Origin: Enterococcus phage vB_Efm3_KEN20
Sequence record: PP582174.1
Length of the DNA stretch: 42,434 bases
Strand: one strand, 5' to 3'
Of the stretch, positions 9,847 to 18,473 are shown piece by piece (the first letter of the stretch is position 1; each line of letters begins with the position of its first letter). The notes beneath the pieces are model-generated. The model had not been told where the DNA came from. It was given only the letters and a program-made list of their open reading frames with translations, and ran no database searches. The translations under genes were made by a program, and so were the position numbers.

Positions 9847-10176
9847 TTATTTCTGAGAGGTCTTTTTCTCCTTTTTTGCTGGTGCTGCTTGTCCACCACC
9901 AATATCGTCAAATACACCACCAAGTACTTCTTCTAGTTTATCTGCTTCAACACCATCAATGATGTTTTCAAAGTTTACTTCTGGATTGTCAAATACATCC
10001 GCTACTAACATAATCATTGTGTCAATCTGTTCTAAGGCTGACATTTCTTCCTCTCCAGATTGTACCTTTTCCATACGTGCTTGGAATTTCATCATTTCAC
10101 GCATTGTGCGCACCTTAACTGATTTTTGTTTAAACTCTTTTGTTTTTCCGTCAATTTCTAATTTTAGTGTAATCAT
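9847..10176 (-). CDS. Tail assembly chaperone (gpG-like)
   Basis: 109-aa acidic ORF between the major tail protein and the TMP; RBS GGAGGA; ends ...GGGQAAPAKKEKKTSQK right after a slippery heptamer. Confidence 0.7.
   Translation of the reverse strand: MITLKLEIDGKTKEFKQKSVKVRTMREMMKFQARMEKVQSGEEEMSALEQIDTMIMLVADVFDNPEVNFENIIDGVEADKLEEVLGGVFDDIGGGQAAPAKKEKKTSQK
9871..9877 (-). promoter_or_regulatory. Programmed -1 ribosomal frameshift slippery heptamer A_AAA_AAG
   Basis: Minus-strand sequence GCACCAGCAAAAAAGGAG; shifting -1 here joins the 109-aa frame to the 9617..9823 frame (..KKGEKDLSEISWEEHLEAMDKMYTDLL..). Confidence 0.6.
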
Positions 10177-10215
10177 TTCATTTCCTCCAATTTTTTTTTA
10201 ATTCTTTTCTATTTC

Positions 10216-10225
10216 ATTATAACAT
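10216..10225 (-). promoter_or_regulatory. Extended -10 promoter TATGTTATAAT (minus strand)
   Basis: Motif 3' of the terminator hairpin and 5' of the chaperone RBS. Confidence 0.45.
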
Positions 10226-10244
10226 AGATTCACTTACTTGTGCA

Positions 10245-10274
10245 AATAAAAAACCTAGTCGTAATTGACTAGGT
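10245..10274 (-). terminator. Terminator hairpin aacctagtc-gtaatt-gactaggtt with flanking A/T runs
   Basis: 9-bp perfect stem just after the major tail protein stop (10282). Confidence 0.6.
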
Positions 10275-10281
10275 TTAGTGG

Positions 10282-10860
10282 TTAAAGACCCTCTGATACG
10301 TTGTTAACTTTGTTAATGAATTTTTCTAGTGTTAATTTGCTAGCTTCTTCCACGCCACTCATATAAGCAATACCACGTGAATCCGTTACAAATGAACCTT
10401 CAATTGTTTCTGTATTTGGTTCTGTTCCACCAGATTCTGTAGTATTCAAGGCTAATTCTGGATGTGAGAATCGTCCTTTTGTTAAGCCAAGGAACATCTT
10501 CTTACCATCTGCTGTGCTTGATACAAATACTACTGATACATAAGGTGCTTCCGTATCTTGTCCAACCATTGCAACTCCATCTGCGTCACGTGTAATACCC
10601 ATAATACGCTCATAAACGTTGTTTTTGTAAAGGTCAAATACGTTTAATGAAGCTGTTAACTCACCAACTCCTTTAGCTGAAACCCAGATAGGTACGTTTG
10701 ACGCATATACGGTTGTTTGGTCTGGTGAAATTCCTGATATATTTGCCTCAATTGTACCTCCACCTGTTTTATCAATTACTAATTGGTCTAAGCCTTCTCC
10801 GCCTACTTTTGGTACAGAGATAATGGCTTTCTCGAATCCTACTAATGCGATAATAATCAC
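10282..10860 (-). CDS. Major tail protein (TP901-1/phi13-like family)
   Basis: 192 aa; position and composition typical of a major tail protein; start codon uncertain (GTG at 10860 sits only 1 nt from AAAGGA). Confidence 0.65.
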   Translation of the reverse strand: MIIIALVGFEKAIISVPKVGGEGLDQLVIDKTGGGTIEANISGISPDQTTVYASNVPIWVSAKGVGELTASLNVFDLYKNNVYERIMGITRDADGVAMVGQDTEAPYVSVVFVSSTADGKKMFLGLTKGRFSHPELALNTTESGGTEPNTETIEGSFVTDSRGIAYMSGVEEASKLTLEKFINKVNNVSEGL

Positions 10861-10889
10861 GTCCTTTGTTTTATTTTGTTTCTACAGTA

Positions 10890-10900
10890 ATTATAGCACA
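10890..10900 (-). promoter_or_regulatory. Extended -10 promoter TGTGCTATAAT (minus strand)
   Basis: Motif upstream of the major tail protein gene. Confidence 0.45.
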
Positions 10901-10921
10901 TTATTAAGCCCTTGTGTTTGA

Positions 10922-11287
10922 TTACAATACACGCTGTGACAACACATAGCGCTTAATAATCCTACGGCCTTCTTTCAAGTCCTGGTCTTGTGTTTCTTCT
11001 GTGTATGCACATTGAATGTTTTGATCTCTCATGATTTTATCAAGTAAAAAGTAATACTTGTTTGATTCTTGTACATCACGCACCCACACATCTACCTGAA
11101 CACTTGTTGTTAGATAATTAGGTTGCTCTGAGGCATAATCTACATAGTCACCAGATAGCTCTACAATACGTCCTAATGGATAGGGTGGATTTACTCTTTT
11201 TTCTTCTTCAATTTGATTAACAAACCAGTTTATTTCTGGAATAGCTTCCTCCAGTACTTCTGCAATCATTAGAATTGGTAATTTCAT
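10922..11287 (-). CDS. Tail terminator / tail completion protein (DUF3168-like position)
   Basis: 121 aa between the HK97 gp10-like gene and the major tail protein; RBS GGAGGA. Confidence 0.45.
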   Translation of the reverse strand: MKLPILMIAEVLEEAIPEINWFVNQIEEEKRVNPPYPLGRIVELSGDYVDYASEQPNYLTTSVQVDVWVRDVQESNKYYFLLDKIMRDQNIQCAYTEETQDQDLKEGRRIIKRYVLSQRVL

Positions 11288-11658
11288 TATTTCATCCTCC
11301 TCATCATTTCACTTTGAATAATATTTGCTACTTTGTTTTCTATATCTTTCATGGTTGTCTCTATAAATGGCTGTGGGTCTTGATTAATCGTTCCAAACTC
11401 TACAAAGTGTGCTCTCCATGCTACTTGTTTATCAAAACCAACTTCTGATAATGGTTTGTTTACCGTTGGTTTACTATACACAATATGATCTCTCATGTGT
11501 GTTTTTGTATCATAGTCAACTGGTGTTTTTACTCGTAAATATCTTGACGCGTATTCTCCACCAGCTTCAACTGCTTTGACTGCTGCTTGTTTAAACTGCT
11601 TTTCCGTTTTCCCTATCGCTTTATAGGCTGAGCTAAAATCAACATAATTCTTTTTCAT
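11287..11658 (-). CDS. HK97 gp10-like tail-component/neck protein
   Basis: Start moved to MKKNYVDF (ATG 11658, RBS GGAGGA 6 nt upstream); the longer ORF-track start has no RBS. Confidence 0.55.
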   Translation of the reverse strand: MKKNYVDFSSAYKAIGKTEKQFKQAAVKAVEAGGEYASRYLRVKTPVDYDTKTHMRDHIVYSKPTVNKPLSEVGFDKQVAWRAHFVEFGTINQDPQPFIETTMKDIENKVANIIQSEMMRRMK

Positions 11659-11660
11659 AG

Positions 11661-11996
11661 TTAATCCTCCACTTGTTTGCATACTAATGTAGTGAAGTCT
11701 CTATCAAATGAACCTTCTAGAATATCCTCAATTCTATACTGGTTACCTTTAAACTCAATACGATTAGACTTTGAAACCTTTCGTCCTGTATCATATCTAA
11801 TTATAAAGTTTGTTGTATTGGCTAACGTTGTCCCATAAGTATCTTGATAATCTTTAAAATACTGTTGTTTGACTGAACACCATATTTTTCTATCTGGATT
11901 CCATGTTTCAATCCACTCAAAGAACTCATTTCGTGACCGTGTCTTGACTAGCAGTGTAATCCGCTGATTCAACTTGGATGTTTTGATATTCGCCAT
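11661..11996 (-). CDS. Head closure / head-tail joining protein (SPP1 gp16-like)
   Basis: 111 aa MANIKTSKLNQRITLLVKT...; canonical position; RBS GAGGGGG. Confidence 0.55.
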   Translation of the reverse strand: MANIKTSKLNQRITLLVKTRSRNEFFEWIETWNPDRKIWCSVKQQYFKDYQDTYGTTLANTTNFIIRYDTGRKVSKSNRIEFKGNQYRIEDILEGSFDRDFTTLVCKQVED

Positions 11997-12276
11997 GATT
12001 TAACCCCCTCAACTGATGAATCATTGCTGTAATGGTGAATGGTACTTGTTGCTGTAGTGCATTTGTAGCTGGAACACGATTTTCATACCATAAGGATACT
12101 AGCATGAATACCAAGGTGTTTGTTTTTGGGTCGTCTGGTAACACCGTCACTTCAATACTCCCTAAAATATAGAGTTGTGCTGCTCCAAGTAGCATTTCTA
12201 GGTAGGTGTCATCCTCATCATAGTCAATACGTAAATTGTTTTTAATTTCTTCTACTGTAATCATTGACTTTATCAC
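11926..12276 (-). CDS. gp6-like head-tail connector protein
   Basis: 116 aa directly after the capsid gene; RBS AAAGGAG. Confidence 0.55.
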   Translation of the reverse strand: MIKSMITVEEIKNNLRIDYDEDDTYLEMLLGAAQLYILGSIEVTVLPDDPKTNTLVFMLVSLWYENRVPATNALQQQVPFTITAMIHQLRGLNHGEYQNIQVESADYTASQDTVTK

Positions 12277-12339
12277 TCCTTTATCATATAATAAAAGAGA
12301 GATGAGGCATGAGCCCCACCCCTCTTAAGAATGTTTATA

Positions 12340-13566
12340 TTATTCTCCTAATCCTGCTGCCGCAGCTGTATCAAGAGTTAAGAATTTACCCGCTGCTGCG
12401 TCTACTGTTTTAACGTCAAAACGCATTGCTGCTGCTAGAATTTCTCCATAATGTTGATGTTCTTGCCAGCGAACAGCCATTTCATTACGGTCAAAGAATG
12501 ATGTAAATCCAGCTGGATCACCCAAGAAGGCTACTTTTTTATTTGGAGCTTCTCCAGCCAACAATTTATCAGACAGAACTGTTACATTCAAACCAAGTAG
12601 AGATTTGCCTGACTGAGCAGTGATTGAAGGTTGTAACAGGTAACGTCCTTCATTATCTTTCATTAAATCTACTTCATTATAGAATGATTGAGAAACTACA
12701 AATTGTAGGTTGTAAGCTGGGTCAAATTCAGTATTGATGATTGTTTTGATTTCATCCAAATTCTTAACAGTTTTAGCTGTTGCTGTTTTCAAGTTTTCAA
12801 CAATTTTAGCGTTTGCTGTGTTTAATACAATACGTTGAATATGACGAGCAATCAATGCACCTAGATCTTCATCTGAATCATCTAAAGATTCACGAGACAC
12901 TGGAATTTGTCCACGATAAGTATCTACATCATACAATACATTTTCAAATTGTGGTTTGTCCAAGTCTGGATTTGCTTCAAGTTCTTCCACAGTATGCATT
13001 ACAGCTTCTGTTGATTTCAAGATAGGGTATTTACCAGTTGGAGTGCTTACTTTCACTGTTTGAACTAGATTTCGTAAATCTACAACTGTTTCAGGTAACA
13101 TTTTTGTTTTTGTAACAATGTCTTGAGGAATAATAGCACCCACATCAGTTGATTTTACACCTTCTGGAAGCGCTCGCAAGTCCATCTTAGGGTTATGAGA
13201 ACGTACATAATTTAAAAATCCACGAACTTCTGTTTCTGGCTGAGAGATTTCTTTTCCATCTAACACTACTTTTTCCATATTTTCTTCTTCTCCTTCTTGC
13301 TCTAATGAGCGTTTTTCTTCATCTTTTGGTTGTTCTTCAGGTTGTTTTTCAGGTTGTTTTTCTGGCTCTGATTCTTTTTGGTCTTCTTTTTCTTCGTCTT
13401 TTGTTTCTTCAATAATTTTATCTTCTTCAGGCTGCTCTTCAGAAGCTTTATTTTCTAACTCTTCTGCATCATGTTTCTTAATTGCGTCAACTAAACTGCG
13501 TGCTTCCTCGAATTTGCCTTCTGACAATAAATCATGTGCTTTTTTGATTTGCTCTTCACGATTCAA
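12340..13566 (-). CDS. Major capsid protein (HK97 fold) with Glu/Lys/Pro-rich N-terminal delta/scaffold-like region; TTG start
   Basis: 408 aa downstream of the prohead protease. TTG is the first codon after an in-frame stop, with GAAGGAG 9 nt upstream. The N-terminal ~100 aa are highly acidic with an EKQPEKQPEEQP repeat (tandem 12-nt repeat near 13337-13372). Confidence 0.8.
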   Translation of the reverse strand: MNREEQIKKAHDLLSEGKFEEARSLVDAIKKHDAEELENKASEEQPEEDKIIEETKDEEKEDQKESEPEKQPEKQPEEQPKDEEKRSLEQEGEEENMEKVVLDGKEISQPETEVRGFLNYVRSHNPKMDLRALPEGVKSTDVGAIIPQDIVTKTKMLPETVVDLRNLVQTVKVSTPTGKYPILKSTEAVMHTVEELEANPDLDKPQFENVLYDVDTYRGQIPVSRESLDDSDEDLGALIARHIQRIVLNTANAKIVENLKTATAKTVKNLDEIKTIINTEFDPAYNLQFVVSQSFYNEVDLMKDNEGRYLLQPSITAQSGKSLLGLNVTVLSDKLLAGEAPNKKVAFLGDPAGFTSFFDRNEMAVRWQEHQHYGEILAAAMRFDVKTVDAAAGKFLTLDTAAAAGLGE

Positions 13567-13599
13567 TCAATCTCACTCCTTCACTAGCTTTCTGTTTTA

Positions 13600-13610
13600 A
13601 TTATAGCATA
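13600..13610 (-). promoter_or_regulatory. Extended -10 promoter TATGCTATAAT (minus strand)
   Basis: Motif between the protease stop and the capsid RBS. Confidence 0.45.
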
Positions 13611-13635
13611 CATATTAGAAGTTGTGGGCTTTAAA

Positions 13636-14193
13636 TTACAAGCCCAACAGCTCCAATTCAACTTCTAACCGTTGTTTCTCTAACTCGTTAACAGCTTCTT
13701 CTAGTGATCGTGTAGCAACTCGTACATCAGTGTCATCATATGCTGGAATTGATACTAGAGAAATTTCTAATAATGAACCAATTTTATTGATTGAGCGTTT
13801 CATAATGTCTTTACCTTTTATCCAGTTGTCTTTAGCCACTGTGTAACCAAACGAGCATTGATTCAGGTCACCACGTTTCACAAGTTCCATTGCGTCACGC
13901 CCGTTACTTGTGTCAGGAAGTACACAACGAAAATGTAAACCAATGTCATCTACATTCAGTTGCAGTGTTCCGCTTGACGTGCGTCCTAATAATTTACTAG
14001 AGTCGTGATCCATAAAACAACGTACGTCTGTCAAGTCTACACCTTCTAATGCTTCTGGTGAAATTGTCTCCACGAATCCACCTAAATTACGTGATTCTTT
14101 ATTAAATTTTAATGCGTATCCTTCCACTACATTATCCTCTGTCTTCTCCAGTGTCTGTAGGGCTCTGATTTCCAAGTTCTTCTTCATTAACAT
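13636..14193 (-). CDS. Prohead maturation protease (HK97 family, S78-like)
   Basis: 185 aa between portal and capsid genes; overlaps the portal 3' end. Confidence 0.7.
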   Translation of the reverse strand: MLMKKNLEIRALQTLEKTEDNVVEGYALKFNKESRNLGGFVETISPEALEGVDLTDVRCFMDHDSSKLLGRTSSGTLQLNVDDIGLHFRCVLPDTSNGRDAMELVKRGDLNQCSFGYTVAKDNWIKGKDIMKRSINKIGSLLEISLVSIPAYDDTDVRVATRSLEEAVNELEKQRLEVELELLGL

Positions 14194-15337
14194 TCACATC
14201 CTGTTCTGTTTTATTGTCACTTGTTTCTGGTGTTTGACCAAGCAAGGATTCTCCTCCTTCAATCTCAGTAAAACCAAGATACTCACGTGCGTCATTTACC
14301 GTTAAAGCTTGTGCAAATTCAGACTTCACTCTTCCTTCTGCAATTCTGCGCAGTCTATCTTCTTTTGTATCTTGACGTAGTTTAGATAAATCTAATTCTA
14401 ATTCTACTCCTAATTTTAGATTCAACTCGTCACAGATAGATGATTCGTACATCGCTATAGTACTTGCAATATAGATATCATTCTGACTGGTGTCAGATGA
14501 GTTTACCAATTCTTGACCAAACCTACTTACTGGAATTCCTAATACTTTAGCAATCTGCTGGGTACTAAATTTATTGGCTTGAATTAATTTTAGTACTTCT
14601 GTATTGATTTTATTATCAGTGAACTCTTGCGAGTCATCTATTACGATAACTCCACCGCTTCCATTCACTGCTTCAAAGTCATCTCTAATTTGTTTCTTAG
14701 CACTGTTGTTTACTGTACCATTTAATAATTTGAGAATACCTCCAGAGAATACTCCTTTTGAAAAGAAATTATTTAGTACTTTTAGTCCATTAGTTTGTAA
14801 TGATATTTCTTCATTTAATGATAGTAATGGTGAGCGTCCTAGCCAGCCATCTGTGGTGCTTAGTTTGAAGTGTAAAATGTCACGTGGGTCACATTTGTAC
14901 ATAATATTCCCATATGGCATATTAACCTCATATCTGTATAAGCCTGTCACCAAGTCTCTGATAACATTAACCTGTTGTGTTTCTACAAACTCTAACTCTT
15001 TTACACTATCGTCATTATTTCTATGAATGAGGACATAGGCGTTTCCTGTTAAAATAAGGTTGGAAACCACTGCATACATCATGGTGTAGTGGGATTGATT
15101 TTTCTTTGGTTCTTTATTTAATATGTGCAACAAACGTTCATCCACCGTTGTAGTCTCTGCAGGTTTAAATGGACTTTGAGCAATGTCTCCAGCAATGATG
15201 TTGACTCCAGTATAAATATCTGAGTTTGTCAATGCTTTTAGGCCTGTAAAGTTGGTAGTGTAAACTGTTCCAGTATTGATATAATCAATAAATTGTTGCT
15301 CTGTTACTGGATTTCCGTTGTTTATGAATAATCCCAT
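14132..15337 (-). CDS. Portal protein (HK97-family)
   Basis: 401 aa after TerL; acidic C-terminus; RBS GGGAGG. Confidence 0.8.
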   Translation of the reverse strand: MGLFINNGNPVTEQQFIDYINTGTVYTTNFTGLKALTNSDIYTGVNIIAGDIAQSPFKPAETTTVDERLLHILNKEPKKNQSHYTMMYAVVSNLILTGNAYVLIHRNNDDSVKELEFVETQQVNVIRDLVTGLYRYEVNMPYGNIMYKCDPRDILHFKLSTTDGWLGRSPLLSLNEEISLQTNGLKVLNNFFSKGVFSGGILKLLNGTVNNSAKKQIRDDFEAVNGSGGVIVIDDSQEFTDNKINTEVLKLIQANKFSTQQIAKVLGIPVSRFGQELVNSSDTSQNDIYIASTIAMYESSICDELNLKLGVELELDLSKLRQDTKEDRLRRIAEGRVKSEFAQALTVNDAREYLGFTEIEGGESLLGQTPETSDNKTEQDVNVNEEELGNQSPTDTGEDRG

Positions 15338-15340
15338 TTA

Positions 15341-15517
15341 TTATGACCTCCCTTCTCCTGAATTAGTGGCTTCATGATACAATACAATGGTTGGAATCAT
15401 GAATAATATACCACAGGTAAATAATCCTATGATATTTGATACTAAAAACGCTGATAAAGCGATAAATACTGCGCTAATTATATACAAAACAGCTACAATA
15501 ACCGCAACAAATTTCAT
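15341..15517 (-). CDS. Small two-TM membrane protein (58 aa) between TerL and portal
   Basis: Hand translation MKFVAVIVAVLYIISAVFIALSAFLVSNIIGLFTCGILFMIPTIVLYHEATNSGEGRS; AAGGAG 8 nt upstream; below the ORF-track length cutoff. Confidence 0.4.
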   Translation of the reverse strand: MKFVAVIVAVLYIISAVFIALSAFLVSNIIGLFTCGILFMIPTIVLYHEATNSGEGRS

Positions 15518-15610
15518 GTTTTCACGCTCCTTTTGCGATATTTCTAACTCTATTTTAACACAAAATATAAGAAAAAAGTATGCTGTTTAGGCATACTTTC
15601 GTGTGTTGTA

Positions 15611-17386
15611 TTAGTAACCAAAGCCAAACTCTCCGCTATCTAGTAAATCTTGCAATGTTGGCGCGTCATAATCATGATATTGAGCGTCACTCATCGCATT
15701 TATTATGGCGTCAAGTGAGTCGATTTTATTTCTGTTTATTTGCTTATCAATTGCAACGCTGTCATTGTACTCTTTGATTATAGCATTGTATGCCGCGCGA
15801 TTCAATAAAGGATTATTGGTGTGCATTACTTCACCTCTGCGAATTAACTCACGCAATGCTCTTGTTGGTGAAGATAAATAGTTTATTTTCTGTGGCACTT
15901 CAATTAGTTTTTTGGGATAGGTTTTACTTAGATTAATTAACGCTTTATCCATCATAAATGGATCATAATAGATTCCAATCAGTTGTAAATCATTATAATC
16001 TATAAAGTCACGTATCCAATCACACATCTCTTCTGTGTCTATTAGGCCATCCTCACGTTGGGATATATGAATGAGCTTCATTGACTCATATTGTCTGTAG
16101 GGTATTTTGTCAATTGACTGCTTATGGTCAATACCTCCCACTGATGATACAAAGCCATGTGTGTCTAGTAATAATTTGTGCTCCTCTTCTATTGGAATAA
16201 TCCATGAAACCGCGGTCATGTCTGATGTTCTGGCTAAGTCAATACCAATGTATACTTTTCTACCTCTAATATCATAATTATTAGTTGCTTTCACTGCGTC
16301 CCATTCTTCTTTGGTTACAAAGCTATCTTTGGATGATTGAACCCAGAAATTCATTTCTTTAGTTAACCAGCCAGATAAATCCATTTTACCTTTGTACTCA
16401 TCTAAAGAGTTGTTTTTGTGTTCCATCATTGAATCCCACGCTTCTGGAATTTCAAATAATGGATTGGATTTGATCCAGTTTGTAGGATCATCTACCTCAG
16501 CAAGTGAGTCCATTTCCCAACAAAGAGCCAAATAAGCGTCACCTTTTACTTCTTCATTTAACAACTTCTCTACAAATGGATATTCTTCTGTATGCATGGG
16601 TCCATTTAAATTTTTTGTAGTGGTTGAAATAATCATGATTAAGCCTTCAACCTGTTGTGCTTGTGAAGATTCTAATACTTGAATAATATCTGATGTTTTA
16701 GCTTCTCCATACTCATCCAGAATACCGCATAGCACATCTAATCCATCTAATGTTTCTGCGTCACTTGACAACTGTTTCATAGTTGAAAAGTCTGATAACT
16801 CTACCCCCTCACGTTTTGTGATTTTACTTCGTTTCTTAACCTCTGGTGATACATTACGCAGTGCATATAGATACTTTACTAGCATTCCATATACAATACC
16901 TGCTTGATCTTTTGTGTTTGCTGCTGCCACTACCTGTCTAGAAGCTTTTGGATTTTTACCAAATAGCAGCTCATATAGTGCAATCCCTGCTACGAGAATA
17001 GACTTACCATTCTTACGTGCTAATGAAATATATGCTTTTCTAAAACGTCTGGTATTGTCTTTCTTTTTTCTCCATCCATAAATCAAACCAACGATGAATT
17101 TCTGAAACGTTGCTAACTTCATTGGCTGACGTGATTTGGGGTCTGGTAACATTTCAATAAAGTTCACTACTGGCACAGCTTCTTCTGGTCTATAAATATA
17201 TGGATACGATTTATCTTCAGATTTTTTCATATCCTTTTGATGTCTCTCGATTGCTTGTTTGATTTTTTTACCAACTCTGATTTCAACCTTGATAGGTTTA
17301 TAATAATCTTCTTCTACTATATATTTACGTCCTTCAATCCATCCTGTTTCAATAAGATTAATATAGTCTTGTACATAGTCTACCAT
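15611..17386 (-). CDS. terL: Terminase large subunit
   Basis: 591 aa, ATPase plus nuclease organisation; RBS AAAGGAGG. Confidence 0.85.
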   Translation of the reverse strand: MVDYVQDYINLIETGWIEGRKYIVEEDYYKPIKVEIRVGKKIKQAIERHQKDMKKSEDKSYPYIYRPEEAVPVVNFIEMLPDPKSRQPMKLATFQKFIVGLIYGWRKKKDNTRRFRKAYISLARKNGKSILVAGIALYELLFGKNPKASRQVVAAANTKDQAGIVYGMLVKYLYALRNVSPEVKKRSKITKREGVELSDFSTMKQLSSDAETLDGLDVLCGILDEYGEAKTSDIIQVLESSQAQQVEGLIMIISTTTKNLNGPMHTEEYPFVEKLLNEEVKGDAYLALCWEMDSLAEVDDPTNWIKSNPLFEIPEAWDSMMEHKNNSLDEYKGKMDLSGWLTKEMNFWVQSSKDSFVTKEEWDAVKATNNYDIRGRKVYIGIDLARTSDMTAVSWIIPIEEEHKLLLDTHGFVSSVGGIDHKQSIDKIPYRQYESMKLIHISQREDGLIDTEEMCDWIRDFIDYNDLQLIGIYYDPFMMDKALINLSKTYPKKLIEVPQKINYLSSPTRALRELIRRGEVMHTNNPLLNRAAYNAIIKEYNDSVAIDKQINRNKIDSLDAIINAMSDAQYHDYDAPTLQDLLDSGEFGFGY

Positions 17387-17418
17387 TTATGTATCCTCCT
17401 TTTATGCTAGTCACTTAT

Positions 17419-17429
17419 ATTATAGCATA
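17419..17429 (-). promoter_or_regulatory. Extended -10 promoter TATGCTATAAT (minus strand) for terL
   Basis: Motif 3' of the terminator hairpin and 5' of the terL RBS. Confidence 0.5.
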
Positions 17430-17436
17430 AAAAAAT

Positions 17437-17463
17437 ACCCACTAGTTAGCTAGACTAGTGGGT
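17437..17463 (-). terminator. Intrinsic terminator acccactagt-tagctag-actagtgggt plus T-run
   Basis: 10-bp perfect stem, followed on the minus strand by TTTTTTT. Confidence 0.7.
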
Positions 17464-17903
17464 ATTGGTAGTATCTGCTAGTACACACGCCCTACGTTAA
17501 GAGTGTACTAGCTTTCTGTGTGCATGTCATCAAGTAGGGTCATACTATCACACTTTACGCCAGATACTGTGGCAAAGCACTCTTTTTTTAGAGAGGTGGT
17601 GTATCCTCTATTAAGTATTAAGCCAGTTTTGGGAGGATCTGTAAACCTCTATTGTCCGCTGACGGTTAAGGTTTCCAACTCCGTCACAGTGCAGATTTTA
17701 TGGCCTGTTTTTCCACACGTTTTGGTGTCTCATGCTTGCGGTGTCACACGAGCGGAATTATCACACCACCTACTATGTACATCCTACACCACGCATGATG
17801 TAGGACAAGCGCAATCCGTAGAAATACGCCTCAATTGTAAATTCATTGCCACGTATGGTGCACATAATATCCTTGAATATCAGTGGGTGTCACGTGTACT
17901 AGT
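17437..17903 (-). ncRNA. Candidate ~470-nt structured non-coding RNA with its own promoter and terminator between terS and terL
   Basis: No minus-strand ORF over 60 aa. GC clearly above flanking DNA. Many local hairpins, plus a possible end-closing pairing CTAGTACAC (17479-17487) with GTGTACTAG (17893-17901). Bracketed by the promoter at 17910-17920 and the terminator at 17437-17463. Confidence 0.45.
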
Positions 17904-17909
17904 AAATAT

Positions 17910-17920
17910 ATTATAACACA
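17910..17920 (-). promoter_or_regulatory. Extended -10 promoter TGTGTTATAAT (minus strand)
   Basis: Its 5' half is the 3' arm of the terS terminator hairpin. Confidence 0.5.
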
Positions 17921-17938
17921 AAATCCGACTTTTGTGTT
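17915..17938 (-). terminator. Hairpin aacacaaaa-tccgac-ttttgtgtt after terS
   Basis: 9-bp perfect stem. Confidence 0.5.
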
Positions 17939-18009
17939 ATTTAGTGTATCTAATGTTTACCCCTTATTTGCTATATACATTATACCACATCTATTTAGTT
18001 TTGTGTAGG

Positions 18010-18468
18010 TTATCCCTCAAACATTTTTGCGAATGGGTCAAGTACTTCTTTTTCTTTCTCTGCTGGAAGAATAATCTTCATTCTTGAGTTGATTGTTAAT
18101 CCAAGGTCGTTGGTGGAAGTTTTAAGCTCTTTTGAGTAGGAGTTAACAATATCAACTAGTGGGTTCTTTTTGCCATCTGGAGTGATTGCACCTTCCATAT
18201 CTAAACGTTCAACCGCTTCTGCATACAAATATGTGTAATTACAATAACGAATCATGGTATTCATATCTAGCTCGCTGATTGGTAAGTCTCCAATATATGA
18301 GCCAATACGTTGCCATTCGTTGAATGCTCCTTTCAATAATCCTGGTGGGAAGTAGCTGAAGTCTAGTTTCTCATAATTATAAAGCACTTCTTCTTCTTTT
18401 TCTTTTGCTTCTCGTTCTTCAATTGTTAAGTGTTTACTCGTTGCATTCAATAGTTTACGTGGGCGCAT
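18010..18468 (-). CDS. terS: Terminase small subunit (P27-family-like)
   Basis: Start set at MRPRKLL (ATG 18468, AAGGAGG 10 nt upstream). Conserved WQRIG...YCNYTYLYAEAVERL...GKKNPLV pattern of P27-type TerS. Confidence 0.75.
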   Translation of the reverse strand: MRPRKLLNATSKHLTIEEREAKEKEEEVLYNYEKLDFSYFPPGLLKGAFNEWQRIGSYIGDLPISELDMNTMIRYCNYTYLYAEAVERLDMEGAITPDGKKNPLVDIVNSYSKELKTSTNDLGLTINSRMKIILPAEKEKEVLDPFAKMFEG

Positions 18469-18473
18469 AATAA

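Noticed and set aside
13337-13372. 12-nt tandem repeat (aggttgtttttc-like x3)
   Set aside because: Lies inside the capsid gene and simply encodes the EKQPEKQPEEQP acidic repeat of the N-terminal domain. Not an independent element.
15387-15590. 67-aa plus-strand ORF between terL and portal
   Set aside because: Antisense to the late operon. A minus-strand 58-aa membrane ORF with an RBS explains the gap better.
17437-17903. Group I/II intron interrupting a terminase gene
   Set aside because: Both terS (P27-like, 152 aa) and terL (591 aa) are full-length and start with proper RBSs, so no exon is split. The element looks free-standing.
17518-17916. 132-aa plus-strand ORF inside the terS-terL intergenic region
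   Set aside because: Antisense to all neighbouring genes, no RBS, odd Cys/His-rich composition. More likely a chance ORF across a GC-rich structured RNA region.
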